The notes: generated by a model not told the origin, from the letters alone. Positions 1-13,645 are shown, counted from the first letter of the whole stretch. The stretch is 63,765 bases of DNA, filler included, from Parasitella parasitica NRRL 2501 (GCA_025201805.1; 12 parts of 12 records of this genome joined end to end with filler, not necessarily neighbours in it); one strand, 5' to 3'. Program-made: numbers and translations.

Positions 1-118
1 AATTGGGAACAACAACAAAAAAAAACGCAAGAAAAAAAAAAAAGAAAAAAAAGAGCTATACAGAGTAGCGCAGCATATAGGGTTTGATAAAAAGCGACAT
101 AATTAATAAAAGATGCAA

Positions 119-1609
119 TCACCATGTCAATGTAGTGGGAGAGGATGAATTTGAAGAGTAGTATGATGGTCTTCTTTGAGAAGGTTGCTGCTGTTGGTAG
201 CAGTAATTGCTGGGAACTGCTGGTGCAGAGGGTGGCGTTGTGGGATATGAGTAGGAGGATGAGGTTGTGCTGGTAGTGGGGCTATTCATGTTGCTGGAAG
301 CGTGGTAATTGAGGTTGCTGGACATGACAGAAGCAGTGGCAAGCTCGATAGTCTTGGCGGGTATATCAGTCCAGGACCAGCTATTCCAATTGACGAGGGA
401 ACGCACATCTACTTTGCGTTTGGCAGCCTTGATAAAGAGCTCTGGTGGTCTGACTTTTGTATGACGAAGGTAGTAGCTCTTGCAAGTTTCACACCAGTTT
501 CCCTGACCACACAGGTTGCGATACCATTGATGAGTCTCTTTTACTTTGCAGTTGTCGCAGTATTTTCGGCTGCGGCGAGCGGTAGCTTTTGGAGAGTAGA
601 GGACCATGGGAAAGGAGTCGCTGTCGGAATGCTGTTGCTGGTTGATGCGAGGACCAGGTCGATTAGCAACAATCAAACGCAGAGGCCTGGGCTCGTTGTG
701 CTTCAGATGGTACCGATAACAAGCAACGCACAAGCTGCGTCTAGAAGCAGGTTTTGCATTGCAGTTTGTACACATTGGCTTTGCTTTGGCAGGACGAGGC
801 AAATGAAGAAGCAAGAGCAAGTCTGGATACATGTCTGGCTGCTGATGGGTTTGTGGCAAACACTCGGTGGGGAAGACGGGACGGGGAAGGTTAAGGTAGT
901 TCAAGCCAGCCTTGTCAAACAGGAAACTGGCTAATTCGATAGCTGATTGCATCTTGTGAGAATCAACGTTGTGGATGTTGAACCGGAAAAGAGTGTTCAG
1001 CACATGATTCAGACGGTAGATGTGGTCTTCCTTTGCCATGTTTGCGTTCTCCAAGAATCGGACGTCGGTCCTTCCAGGAGTCGAGTCGCATTCTGTGTAG
1101 CGAAATAAATGCAAAAGCCACGTAGGGAAAAAGATGAATTCTGGCGATACAAATTGCGATTTTACGTTTTCAGTGCGGAAGAATACTACCAGAATTCTCA
1201 TTTGACTGTACAGCTCGGCGGATTGGATGGGACGAGATTGTTTGCTGGTTCCAATGTTGCATCTGAACGAGCCATTCATGTGTCTGCCGATGGTCTTGAT
1301 GTGGATCGGTACTTTGTCGACAAAGCGAGAGCGTTGTACGGGATACAAGGTGGCATCTGTGAGTGTGTTGCGTTCGTGTGCTTCCGTCATCGAGAATCCA
1401 GACTTTTTCAAGGCGGCTCTCAATGAGGGTATCATCTCGTCTTCTTGCACCATAGCATGGGCTGAAGGTGGAGAGGCGGACGGGATTGGTCTCAGCGAGG
1501 GTATCATTTTTTCGTCTTCTTGCACCATTGTGTGAATTGAGGCGAGAGAAACGGAGGGGACCGATTCTTCGTTTTTAATTTTGGGTAAAAGCAGGTCGTG
1601 AATGTTCAT
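119..1609 (-). CDS. GATA-type zinc-finger protein (putative transcription factor)
   Basis: Uninterrupted 496-aa ORF. CDNC-x18-CETC finger with GATA-like THQWYR..CETCKSYYLRHTKVRP; a second short finger CTNC-x10-CVAC..RP; S/T/Q-rich C-terminus. Confidence 0.7.
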   Translation of the reverse strand: MNIHDLLLPKIKNEESVPSVSLASIHTMVQEDEKMIPSLRPIPSASPPSAHAMVQEDEMIPSLRAALKKSGFSMTEAHERNTLTDATLYPVQRSRFVDKVPIHIKTIGRHMNGSFRCNIGTSKQSRPIQSAELYSQMRILVVFFRTENVKSQFVSPEFIFFPTWLLHLFRYTECDSTPGRTDVRFLENANMAKEDHIYRLNHVLNTLFRFNIHNVDSHKMQSAIELASFLFDKAGLNYLNLPRPVFPTECLPQTHQQPDMYPDLLLLLHLPRPAKAKPMCTNCNAKPASRRSLCVACYRYHLKHNEPRPLRLIVANRPGPRINQQQHSDSDSFPMVLYSPKATARRSRKYCDNCKVKETHQWYRNLCGQGNWCETCKSYYLRHTKVRPPELFIKAAKRKVDVRSLVNWNSWSWTDIPAKTIELATASVMSSNLNYHASSNMNSPTTSTTSSSYSYPTTPPSAPAVPSNYCYQQQQPSQRRPSYYSSNSSSPTTLTW

Positions 1610-2243
1610 ATTTTATTGCATATATTGGAGGGAAGGTTGGAAGGGGAAAATGAGGAAAAAATAACGAAAAATAACAGACATTTTTATACCAGAAAAAATC
1701 AAAGGGGTGGGGGGTGGGGGTGAAGAGGGATGGTTTATTACTTGTATTTACATTGTTTATTATTATGGTGTGTTGATCTGATCTGCTAATTTCTTTGTCT
1801 CGTTCTTCTGAAATACCCAATTAAAATGATAACCTTTTTCATTGTTTCTTTCTCGTGGCCTCTTATATTCATGAGACAATGGCATGGACTCCTTAATGAA
1901 ATCACCCCCCGAAACTGGGCTTGTTTGTCCTCGAGACTATATGACAAGTTAATCACTTGTCATAACGAAAAAGCTATCCCCCACTGACCACTTTTTTTTT
2001 TTTTTTTTTATTATTATTATTTGTTTACCTCGGTCCTCAGTGCGTCAAACGCGCTCGCTGCACTTTTCAGTTTCGCGTTTCGGATCACAGGCATCCGCCC
2101 AATGTGGAGGCGTGATGTACTGGCACATACCAATAGCGGCAATGTGTGGTGGACCTAGGGTACCGGCACAAAGCAACAATGTGCCTTAATCCCTTTTTCC
2201 GTTGCTTTCTTTTTTCTTCTTTTCCCACTTTCTACACAACAAA

Positions 2244-5200
2244 ATGGACGGCCAAGAAGAAGACTTTTCTTCGTTATCAATAGTGGATAAACTCCAGCAC
2301 AAGGTAATTATGAAATTCCTCCCCTCCCCTCCCCTCCCCTCCCCTTATTCGCTATCGACTATGCCAACGAAAAAAGATAGCTTTGGAAGGCTCGTGTATC
2401 TGCCTGTGAGGACCTCTTGAAGCTCTTCAAAACCACCGTAGAAGACGACGACTTTTATACCTATGAGCCCTACCTGAAAAAGCTTGTTCTGGAGCCCAAC
2501 GCCGTAGCTCAAGAAGCTGGCCTAGCTGCCCTGGTTGAATACGTCAGCAACGCAGCTAATGCCTCAAGGTACATATCTATTTATCACTAGAAACTAATGC
2601 CGCAGAATATTCAAATGCACAATAGCACACGTGAGGCCATCATACCAGCCCTCGTCGACAAATGCCTGGGAGCAACCAAAGCAGGAACAAAGCAAAAGGC
2701 AACAGACATTATACTGCTTTACGCAGAAATCGACACACCAGACCCTATACTTGTAAATGGGAATAACCAATAACTATATACAAATGTATAAACATGCAAA
2801 ACACCAACATTCTTCTTGATAGGAATTCGTTCTGCCTGGTTTGAATGCAAAGCAGCCTAAATTAGTCACTCAAACAGTCGTTGTCCTCAGAGAGCTTGTT
2901 CGACAATTTGGCATCAAAAAAGTCAACCCCAAGCCTATTCTCAAAGTCATTCCCAAAATATTTAGCCACACAGATAAAAATGTGCGAGCAGAGGCATCTG
3001 CGCTAACTGTAGAACTGTATAGATGGATTGGACAGCCCTTAATGCCAAGTATCAGCACCCTAAAGCCAGTACAAATCAAGGAACTCGAGGAATCGTTTGC
3101 AAAACTACCTGCCCAAAAGCCAGCTCCTGAACGACTAATCCGCTCTGAACAAGCTGCTGCAGAAGAAGAAGAGCAGGCTGAAAACGACCAAGATATGGGT
3201 AAAGTATTTGCAGACTAGCCCAAAAAAAAAAAAAAAAAGGATATTATTCTCAACTCGACATCATCATCATGCAGGAGATGCTCAGGGTGAAGACGATGAA
3301 ATGGATGTGGACGAGGTAGACGCCTTTGATCTGGCTGACCCAGTGGACATCACTGCAAAACTGCCATCCAACTTTAAAGAACTGATCGAATCAAAAAAGT
3401 GGCAGGAGAGAAGAGAGGCTTTGGATGCATTGTTGGAGCAAGCAAAGGCCGAGAAAATTATGGACAAAGATTACACTGACCTGATAGCATTGCTAGCCAA
3501 AGTAAAACATCAACTGATTCACGTCTGTATACATATACTAACATGCGAAAACAGCGTATCAACGATTCCAATATTTTGCTAGTTGGAGCCACTGCGACAT
3601 GTATCGAGAGAATAGCAACAGGATTACGCACAGACTTTGGCAAATACAAACTCGCCATTGCACCCGTAATGATTGAAAAATTAAAGGAGAGAAAGCCAGC
3701 CATTTTGGAGCAACTTGCGAATGGTCTCAACGCAGTATTTGCATCGGTTTCCATGTCCGAGTTGATTGAAGACGTTACAGCAGCAGCCAAGCATAAAAAC
3801 CCTCAGGTGCGATCAGAGTGCTTCAAGCTTGTTTCGAGACGATTGAAAGAAGTAAAAGAGATACCAGGAAAGGCTGAAATCAAGTCGTTTGCTGAAATGT
3901 TCAAGAAGCTACTGGACGATGCTGATGCAAATGCCCGTGAAGCTGGCGCAGAAGGTTTGGGAACTCTGATGAAACTTACCGGTGAAAAAGCAATGCTTGT
4001 ATATACAGATGGCTTGGACGATATCAAAATGGGCAAGATCAAAGAGGCCTTTGAAAAGGCAACTGTGAAGGCCAAGATTAAAAAAGCAGCTCCGCCACCG
4101 CCTCCAGTCAAAAAATCTCCTGCTTCTGCGAAAAAGCCTGCCACTGCTGCTGCTGCTGCTTCAAAACCTAAATCAAAGGCTGGGCTAGTGGCTACCAATG
4201 ATGATGACGATCCATTTGCTTCTTCCACTGCCGCCAGTCCACCTAAAAGAAAGCCTCCCGCTCGTCTATCTGGTGCAAGTAGCACAAAGAAGCCTGCATT
4301 GTCGTCCTCAAAGCCAAAGCCAGCTGCAGCTGCTGGTGCTCCAGGTTCCAAGAAAAGTGCAAAGCTACCTCCCTCCAGTGGCCCCGAGGAGGTGAAATAC
4401 AAATTCTCCCCCGAAGATGCTGAAGCTCGAGCAACTGAATTTATCCCAGAAGCCATTCATGCAGAGTTACAACAGGCCCAATGGAAAGCACGATTAGCTG
4501 CGATGGAGTCGCTCTGTCAGCATTTTGAACAAGCAGATGGATCCACGATTGAACCTGAAATTGTCATCCGGTCATTATCAAAGAAACCAGGGTGGAAAGA
4601 AATGAACTTTCAAGTGATGGGCAAACTGTTTTTGGCTATTCAGACGCTGTCATTGCAATGTCCCAAGTTTAGCAAGGCGTGCGCTGCACTATGCATTCCT
4701 ACAATGGTTGAAAAATTAGGCGATATCAAGCTCAAGAAACCTGCTGGTGAGTGTTTGGTGGCAATTGCAGAAAAAATATCCTTGCAGTTTGTTTTCTCGC
4801 AAGCGTATCCGGTGCTGAAAAAGGCAAAGTCGCCCAAAGTGCTGGCTGATTCACTGTTATGGATCCACAGCTCGTTGATGGATTTCGGTATTCATGGCTT
4901 ACAGGTCCGTGATTTGATTGAACTGCTAAAGTTTGGCCTGTCGAATACAAATGCGTCGGTAAGAACTAGTGCCGTTACCGTGCTGGGCGCACTGAGACAG
5001 TTTATCGGTCCAGGTAAGATGAAGCAAAGAACGTGCCAATGAGATATTTACACAGTNNNNNNNNNNNNNNNNNNNNNNNNNNNNNNNNNNNNNNNNNNAA
5101 AAAAAAAAAAAAAACTGTAGAGGTCAAGTCATTTGTAGAAGATGTCAGCCCTGCTTTACTAGCCACAATCGAACAAGAATTTGACAGAGTATCCAAATTG

Positions 5201-8200
5201 GACCCACCACAGCCCACCAAAGCACCTGTCGGATCAGTAAGTTGGCGTAAAAAAAGAAAATGCATTCCACTATTAGTGATTTTTGACAGTGTGTTTTTTG
5301 TTTTTTTTTAGTCTGGTGGCGATGACAGTGGAGATGATGGGGGCGCTGGTGCAAGTGCTGCTGATGCAATCGAATCCTTGTTTCCCCGTGTCGATATCTC
5401 GGGTCCATTAGGTAAAACTGTAGCAGCGTGTGGCGACGCCAACTGGAAGATCCGCAAAGAGGGATTGGATAATGTAGTCAGCATCCTGGCTGGGGCCAAC
5501 AACCGCATCAAGCCGTCCTTGGGCGCTGAATTTCCCAGTGTTCTCAAGCAAAGACTGAATGATAGCAACAAAAACTTGCAGATCCTGGCAGTCGAGATCA
5601 CAGGTTTATTGGCCGTGGCTATGGGTAAGGCGTTTGACAAATATATCAAGGTGTTTGCAGGCCCCATCATTGCAGTGTTGTCTGACAATAAAGCCAATGT
5701 AAGAGCAGCTGGTGTTGCTGCATTGGAAAGCATGAGAAAGACATGCACAATGGAAATGATGGCCCCTGTTTTTGGAACCAGCTTGGCCAACGAAGCGCCT
5801 GCTCTCCGCAAGGAACTATTAACTTGGTTCAATGCTGCAATCAAAGAGGAGCCTAATGCTGCTAAATTTGATTTTAATGGCATGATCTCCCCTCTATTTT
5901 CGTGTTTACAAGACCGCAATGCTGATGTACGTAAAGCAGCTCAGATCACACTCCCTGAATTAATTGCTGCTGTTGGGTACGATGCTGTTGCAAGCAAGAC
6001 ATCGGAGCTCAAGGCGGCACAGCGTCAAACTGTGATGCCTTTTGTGGAAGCGGCTCGAGGGTCTGCGCCTGCTAATTCCATTGGCGGAGGTGTTGGTGGG
6101 GTCTCAGCCCCTAATGCTAAAAAGCGTCCCGAGTCGGTTCATGCCGCCGCAGCATCAGATGACCATGTCGGTAGATCACCAAACTCGACTCCTAGTCGTA
6201 TGAAGACACTCACACGGAAAAAGATTGGAGGGAATCCTGCACCTAGATCACAAGCTGTGTCACAAGCAAGCGCTAGCACAGAAGATGCCATTGCTCCCGT
6301 CTTGACAAGCGAGCCTCGTGCCAAGCAGGTTCGCGCCAAAAAAGAAAACAGGTGGCAGTTTGACACTCCCAGGTCAGATGTCATTGATGGTCTCAGGGCA
6401 CAGTTTGATGCCAACATGAGTGCTGAGGTAACTGCATTGCTGTTTAGTACGAGTCAGTACGCTGAGCGTGATCGTCTGAATGGGTTGGGTATCCTGAACG
6501 AATGTCTTGGCTCACCTGAAATATGTGCCTCCAAATACAATGTCGACTATTCCGATATGAAGAAGCGCTACATGGCTAATCTGGATTTGATCCTGAAATA
6601 CCTGACCATACGATTCTTTGACACAAACACCAGTATGCTGATTAAATGCTTGGACATTACGCAAAACCTCGTGGCAATCCTGGACGAAGACGGCGTGAAT
6701 TTGACAGAGTACGAAGCCGTCTCATTCCTACCATTCCTCATTAACAAAGTGGGTGATCCCAAAGAAGTTATGCGAACTCGTGTCCGCTCCATTCTGGGCT
6801 CCTTTTGTCGTGTGTATCCTGCAAGCAAAATGTTCAACTGGCTACTGGAATCGGTCGCCAACTCTAAAAATGCGAAAGCGCGTGCAGAATGTTTGGAGGA
6901 GGTGGGTGGGCTGATTCAGCAAAAGGGCGTTGAAATCATGCTTCCCAACAAAGCATTGCCCTTGATTGCCGTTCATATCGGCGACAGAGACGCTGGGGTG
7001 AGAAATTCTGCCCTCAATGCTATTGCGCAAGCGTATATTTTAATTGGCGATTCTGTGATGAAATACATGACAAAGCTTGGAGACAAAGAAAAGAGTATGC
7101 TTGAAGAACGGCTAAAGGTATAAGTCTGGGGACGTCTATGTTGATCCACATGTTTGCTAACAGCTCTTGCAGCGTACTACACCGTCAGCAACAGTGCTGG
7201 CTGCAGCAGAAAGAGAACAAAGAGCCAGACAGGAGGCTGAAGAGATGGAGGTTGACGAACTGCCGTCTATCAACAACCTGCATCGTGCTGGCGGCAGATC
7301 GCATATTGGAAAGCCTAGGAGCAACATTGCCAATCCTCAGCGTTCCATCCACCATGTGCAAAGCACACCCGAACCCGAGCCTATGGAAGACGTTACGGAC
7401 GAATTTGGACAGCGCATTCCAGAACCACACCTCGACCACCGTCACCCAATTGATGCCAGACGTACACAGCAACTTGGATACTACGCAGCCCCGTCTGCGC
7501 AACAGCATCCAAAGCAATACGACACCCAAGAAGATATTGTTGACTACCTCATTACGCAGATCACAAACGGAGATCCTCAGCCCAGCATTGAAGCCCTGAA
7601 GAGCTTGGACAAGTTCCTCTCGACCAACCCCCAGGCTATTTTACCTGATATCGAAGCGTTAATCAATGCGATTACGCTCCAAGTTCGAATTGCGTACTCG
7701 TCTGTTGATCCACGCCAACCTGCTACAACACGTCTTTGCAAACATTTAGTCAATGCGTTGGTCCTCCTCTTTTCAAACAGGGATTTAGCTTGCGCTGTGC
7801 CCCAGACTGCATTGCATCATTTGCTACAGGAACTCTCTCATAGGTTACTGGATCAAAAACTGCTCTCACTAGAGTCAGGGCCTCAATTATCCAAGGCGTT
7901 GAACGTAGCAATGGTCAAAGTATTGGAGAATAGCGCCAGAAATCATACTTTCAGGTAAATGATGTGAAACACTGGTAATTTTGTAAACGAGTTTGCTCAC
8001 CATCCTGTCGTAGCGCCTTACTCGCCATCTTAGTTCAATGTTCTGCGTCGTTGCGTCCTGGCGACTCACCTTCTGCGAAAAACACAAAATACACTGAGCT
8101 TATCATGAAGTGTCTGTGGAAACTAGCAAAAACCATTCGAGACAACCTTGGATCAGGCACGTTGAATCCTGATGAACTCTTGCTTGAGATCAACAAATTC

Positions 8201-9905
8201 TTTATCAACACGCCGCCAGCGGAATGGAAGCGCAGAGCTAGTGAAAAGGTGCCCTTGGGTGAAATGCCACTTAGGACAGTTAAAACTTTGTTGTTGGAGC
8301 TTGTCGATTGTCTACGTGATTCGATATTCCAACATTTGACATTGATTGAAAACCCACAGACCAGCAGTGTCTACCCTTACCTTCATCATATGCTTGAAGC
8401 CTGTCGTAAGAAAGACAGAATGCAGCAGCAGCGACAATCGCAACCACCAGCGCTCCAGCAGCAGCATTCTCCACAGCCACAATCGCAACAGCTATCCAAG
8501 CAACTACAGCCGCAGCAGCAGACGCAGCAGCAACAGCAACAGCAACAGCAAGCGCAGCAGCAACAGCAACAGCAACAGCAAGCGCAGCAGCAACAGCAAC
8601 AGCAACAGCTTCGTCAAGCACAAGCACAATCACCCCAACTACAGCATGCAGAAGAAAATAGGTTTATATCTCATTCCAGAAATTCATCGATAGGGAGACC
8701 AGCGTCTGTGTCGTCATATAAGTCCAATTCAATGATGAGATCTCCTTCCATGGTATCACATCCGTCTTCTATCGACGGCGAAAACAACGCAGAGAACAAT
8801 CCACAATTGACAAATCAAAACTCCGCCAACAATCATGCTGAGCCAATGCAAATTGACGAGCCTCAGAGCAATGAAGCCCCTACTAGCAGCAAAGAGCAAG
8901 AATGGAACGTAACATTGACAGCGATATTCAACAAGATTGGTACAAGAGATAAGACCAAAGAGGTATATAATCTATTTTTTTTTTTTTTACTGCCCCAAGT
9001 ATCAAACGCTAATATGTAAAGGCACTAGGGTCTTATCGAATTATATGAATTTCAAAAGACAAATCCTTTGGCTGAGGCCAAAGTCAACAAACATCTATGC
9101 CAAACTGGGACATATTTCCAGAGCTACATTCGCAGAGGCCTAAGCAATCTAGCTGCAGAGGATAACGATCTGAGAACTACAGCATTGGCACAAGCACAAG
9201 CGCAAGCGCAAGCACAAGCACAAGCACAGGCACAAGCACAGGCACAGGCACAAGCACAAACAGTAGCCACTCCACCCAATTCAGACTACAACCGTCTTTC
9301 ATTTTCACCAACTCCTACACTGCCAGTTAATCCAAATCCAATGGTTGAACAGCTATCGAATGAAAGAAGGTCGTTTGACAATCAAACGCATGTGAACAAT
9401 AGAACGAGTATACATGCAGGAGGTAACATACATATAACGTGAATTTCTGCTGTTCCAATAAAGTAACTTGGGTATGATAGATGACGCGGCAGAAATCAAA
9501 ATGAGACTATACAGACTACAACAAAAGTTTGGCTACAAGACAGATGTAAGAGGGCTTTAAATGTGTATACATGTAGACGACTAAATAGGCTAAACAATAG
9601 ATGGAGGATCCAAATCCAAGTGCAGCCGTTGCAAACGCTGCTGGTCTATCCACCACTGATTCTCTTCAGATGCCATCTCGACAAGACATTTCTCCTACTT
9701 ACTCTCGTAGACAACTTAGTGTGAACAACCATGTAAGCCTAAACATAAATAACAGCACAATCTGGTCTCTAATCCATCATTGCAGAACATGTATGGCGAT
9801 GTTCAAGGCGAGTCAGACAGACAACAGTCTGTTTCTGCTTTGAAAGAAAGGTTGGCAAAGATGAAGCAAGTCATTAGTTCAGCGGCTTCTTCGCCTAATT
9901 TGTAA
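2244..9905 (+). CDS. STU2: XMAP215/ch-TOG/Stu2/Alp14 microtubule polymerase, multi-exon, five-TOG type
   Basis: ATG 2244 (MDGQEEDFSSL..KLQHK|LWKAR). TOG/HEAT signatures SKKWQERREAL, QAQWKARLAAME, KKPGWKEMNFQV, DANWKIRKEGL, LKYLTIRFFDTNTS; K/P-rich linkers; many GT-AG introns; last exon ..LKERLAKMK..PNL-TAA 9905. A short N gap lies inside an intron. Confidence 0.93.
8420..8640 (+). repeat. Coding CAG/CAA poly-glutamine tract with 30-nt tandem units
   Basis: CGCAGCAGCAACAGCAACAGCAACAGCAAG repeated about 3 times inside an XMAP215 exon. Confidence 0.9.
9187..9258 (+). repeat. Coding (Ala-Gln)n hexamer repeat
   Basis: GCACAA/GCGCAA/GCACAG hexamers encoding AQAQAQ... Confidence 0.9.
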
Positions 9906-11756
9906 TTACGTATAAAAATATCTATAATTCCATAAATATAATGAAACTTTTATTATATCAGTAATTTGCTTTTAGAAATCAAATTCTCACGGATTGAGTT
10001 GAGATTATTCAGATTAGTTTGTGGTCAAGCAATTCAAAAATATTCTCTGTTTACCAAGTATGGGGGATTCAACAACAAAATTTTCAATAATACGCCCGTG
10101 CCAGCTTATCATGTCCTCTACAGGATTTTAACGATTGCAAACATTGGACAAACTCGGGGGGGGGGGGTTTAGTGGAAACAACTACACACTTTCCAAGGAG
10201 ACATACTAAATTTTTTCTATAAAGCTTTCAAAGTAGTCAGTTGAAATCCTATAGCAACAAACGGATCCAATGGTATTTGCTGACATGTCATATGACCTGG
10301 CATCAGCCATGCGTCCATAATAAGATATCGGTGGGGCATGTTTTCTTCACGAATATTACATTTTATGTAATGCTTGGATATTTATAAAGATAACAGAAAA
10401 TGATTGTTTTAATGAAAAATGTGATATTTATATGGTTTACGAGCTGGACAACTCGTCATCGGTAGCAAAGTCATGATGCGCATCTTTCAAAAGATTAATG
10501 AGCTGCTAGATGTTGAATAAGACGACTGGGATCTCATAGGGAAGATGATTACTTTCCAATGCTGATTCAGAAGGGGATAAAGCTTACTAGCCGCAGGGAT
10601 TTTGTCTAAATCAAAAAGGCACGGCCATGACATTCTGCTCCTCCGCTGACAGTCGCAGGGACATTTCCCAAAATCGGCTCAAGGCCTAGTAGATGACTAT
10701 GGCGATCTTACTGAATGGATCAGGTCGATATACTGTAGTTCGGAGTCAATTTGAGATATTTCTTACTAGTCTGTTCGAATTGATGTATACCGTTTGGGCG
10801 GGTTTTTGGATTGCTCGATTTTTTCACGCCAACAGAATGATATATCCAAGCGGGTCCAAAATCCATCGAGTAGATGGTCCAGTTTGACGACGACGAGGTG
10901 AGAGGTAGATCAGCTGTTTTAACAGTCTTTTGATGAAAGGCGTTGGCAAGAAAGGATGATACCCGAAACGATCTGCGACCAAGATCAAGTGGGGAGAGTC
11001 GGCTTGTGGGTTCCTGAAAAAGTGCCAATTTAACCTGACATTTGAAAACTCCGTCCATGCTCAAACAAACAAACAGAGAGTGGAGGCACTGTTAGTTCCG
11101 AATTCAATACGTCTAGAATATTGATCCATAGAGTTGTATCAACACAGACACGCTTTTGATATTACTGATATCATTTGTTCGGCTTCATTCCAAGATGCTA
11201 CCGTGCTTTTCTGCTTTCCATGGATAATTTCTGTAAACCTAGCAGCTACTGCCACTGCTGTTTTTCATTATAGCTGCTGATAGCATAAAGGAACTCCTGT
11301 ACCAAGTCTTGTTACTGCATATTTCGTGTATTTCTTTTATTTTGGGTTTCAAAAGATAAATCCGATTCATGATTACATGTCATTTACTTTCCCATTCAAA
11401 TTTACAAAAGGCATTTAGTGACACATGGAAAAGAAGCTAAATTCAATGATGCAGCCAAGAAAGCATGACTGGTTAGATGAAGCGACCCATCTTGTGTGCT
11501 TGATACATGGTCTCAATAAAAGAAAGGGCTAACGCTGTCAAAAAAAAAAAAAAAGTGGGTGTGCAAATGCACCTGGATGGTCAGCCTTCATCTTTTGTGT
11601 TGCTTAGAGTTTTGATCCATTCTTGGTCTTTCTTATTTGTGTGACTCTTTCGAGTTATCATCAAACTAGTATCATATTAGTGTCTCCTTTTTTCACGCTT
11701 TAGAATACCTTTTTCTTTCCTGAAATTCTTATTTGTATCATTCAAGAACATATACC

Positions 11757-13645
11757 ATGTCAGACTCAATACTAATCGACGAAAATAGTAGAGAAGGATA
11801 TGACATTCGGTCAGCTACAACAGCAGAATATGCCGAGTTGGATTTTGAAGACGCTTCACATGAAAACGATGACAACAACCATCATCAACCTCTATTAGCA
11901 GATATTGATTCAAGCGATGGATATGACAATGACGAAGAGTCCTTAATTGATAATCCGGAACAAAAGCAATACAGACTGCCGTCAGAAGGTGGCACTATAT
12001 TCTCTAGCTTTGTAAGCATTATACTATGATCCCTTTTTTGCACTCGAACTGAAATTTCATTAGCTCAACATGGCAAACAGCATAATCGGAGCAGGAATCA
12101 TTGGATTGCCGTTTGCATTTAAAGAAGCTGTAAGAGAGATGAAACGAAACTAATTGAAACAAAAGAATTGACTGATTTTGACCTCCAAAGGGATTCTGGA
12201 CCGGCATATTTTTGCTGATTGCTTTGACAATCATCGTAGGTAAACATTCGAACCACAGAATATGCGCAAATTCGATATTGACACTGTTTAAGATTGGACT
12301 GTACGTCTGCTAATGTATAACGGAAAGTTAGCTGGTAGATCAACATATCAAGATTTGATGGAGTTTGCGTTTGGCAGACCGGGATTGATAGCGATTTCTA
12401 TATTCCAATTTGCATTTGCATTTGGTGGCATGTGTGCCTACTGTGTCATTATAGGTAAGCACTTTTGATACAACAGGGCATTCAAGGAGTATATATAACA
12501 GAATCCCGAATTGAATTAACAGACATTTAGGTGACACTATTCCACATGTTATACGATCCTTGTTTCCGAAGATTCATCAGGTACCCATCATTTGGATATT
12601 TGCAGACAGAAAGCTTTGTATTTCATTCTTTACACTGTTTGTATCGTATCCGCTTTCACTTTACCGGGACATATCCAAGCTAGCCAAAACAAGCGCATTG
12701 GCTCTGGCTGCAATCATTGTGATTATTGTCAGTGTGGCTATCGAAGGCCCTAGCACAGCAGCAGAAATCAGAGGATCACCAGACCTTATGTTTAACTTTA
12801 TGGGCAATGAAGTGTTCCAAGCGATTGCTGTTATTAGTTTTGGTACGCACAATTTTTCAGGAGCAAACCTCCGCATGTATTGATCTAGTGTAAATATAGC
12901 ATTTGTATGCCATCATAATAGCTTCCTTATATTTGGTTCTCTGAAACAGCCTTCCTTGAACCGATTTGCTGTTGTCACTCACTGGAGTATGGGCATTGCC
13001 TTCTTTGCTTGCTTTGCATTAGCTGTTTCTGGGTACTTGGTGTTTACAGACAAGACTGTTGGCAAGTATTATAAAACAATTTTGCAAGACTAAAAGCATT
13101 AACGTGTTTTTACGCAGGCAATATCTTGAATAACTTTCCATCTGATAACTCGTTCATCAACATCGCAAGATTAGCATTTGGACTAAACATGTTTACGACT
13201 ATACCACTAGAAGTCTTTGTCTGTAGAGAAGTAAGTCTACCATGCTTTGCACAAGCAGCCATGTCTTAACATACCCTAGGTGTTAGAAACGTTCTACTGG
13301 CCATCAGCACCATTTGATACAACCCGACATTTTTTCATCACAACGGCACTCATTCTAATCACGTTAATCATTTCGCTATTAACTTGTAACCTGGGCATAG
13401 TCCTGGAATTGACTGGTGGCTTTTCAGCAACAGTGCTGGCGTTCGTCTTACCACCTTTATGCTTTTTAAAGTTATCGGGCGGCTCCTTGTGGGATAGAAG
13501 CAAGATTCCACATTGGCTTTGTATGACATTAGGTATTCTAATCATGGTATTGAGTACATTCTACAGTCTTCAGAAAGTATTTACGCCAGCCAATACTGCT
13601 AGCTTATCTGGTGGAGAAAATACTGTGGCAGAAACTTGTAATTAA
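11757..13645 (+). CDS. Amino acid transporter, Aa_trans/AAAP family (Avt2/SLC38A11-like), multi-exon
   Basis: Spliced motifs SF|LNMANSIIGAGIIGLPFAFKEA, IGDTIPHV, SYPLSLYRDISKLAKTS, AFVCHHNSFLIFGSL, GNILNNFP, LGIVLELTGG. Contains one GC-AG intron (13062-13117). Confidence 0.9.

Noticed and set aside
302-934. 210-aa plus-strand ORF and other antisense ORFs over the GATA, XMAP215, FOL1 and gypsy genes
   Set aside because: Shadow frames of real coding sequence; non-ATG starts and no motifs.
10200-11370. Coding-looking minus-strand stretch (ORF 10720-11064)
   Set aside because: Stops in all frames, no splice model and no recognisable family; at most a decayed gene.
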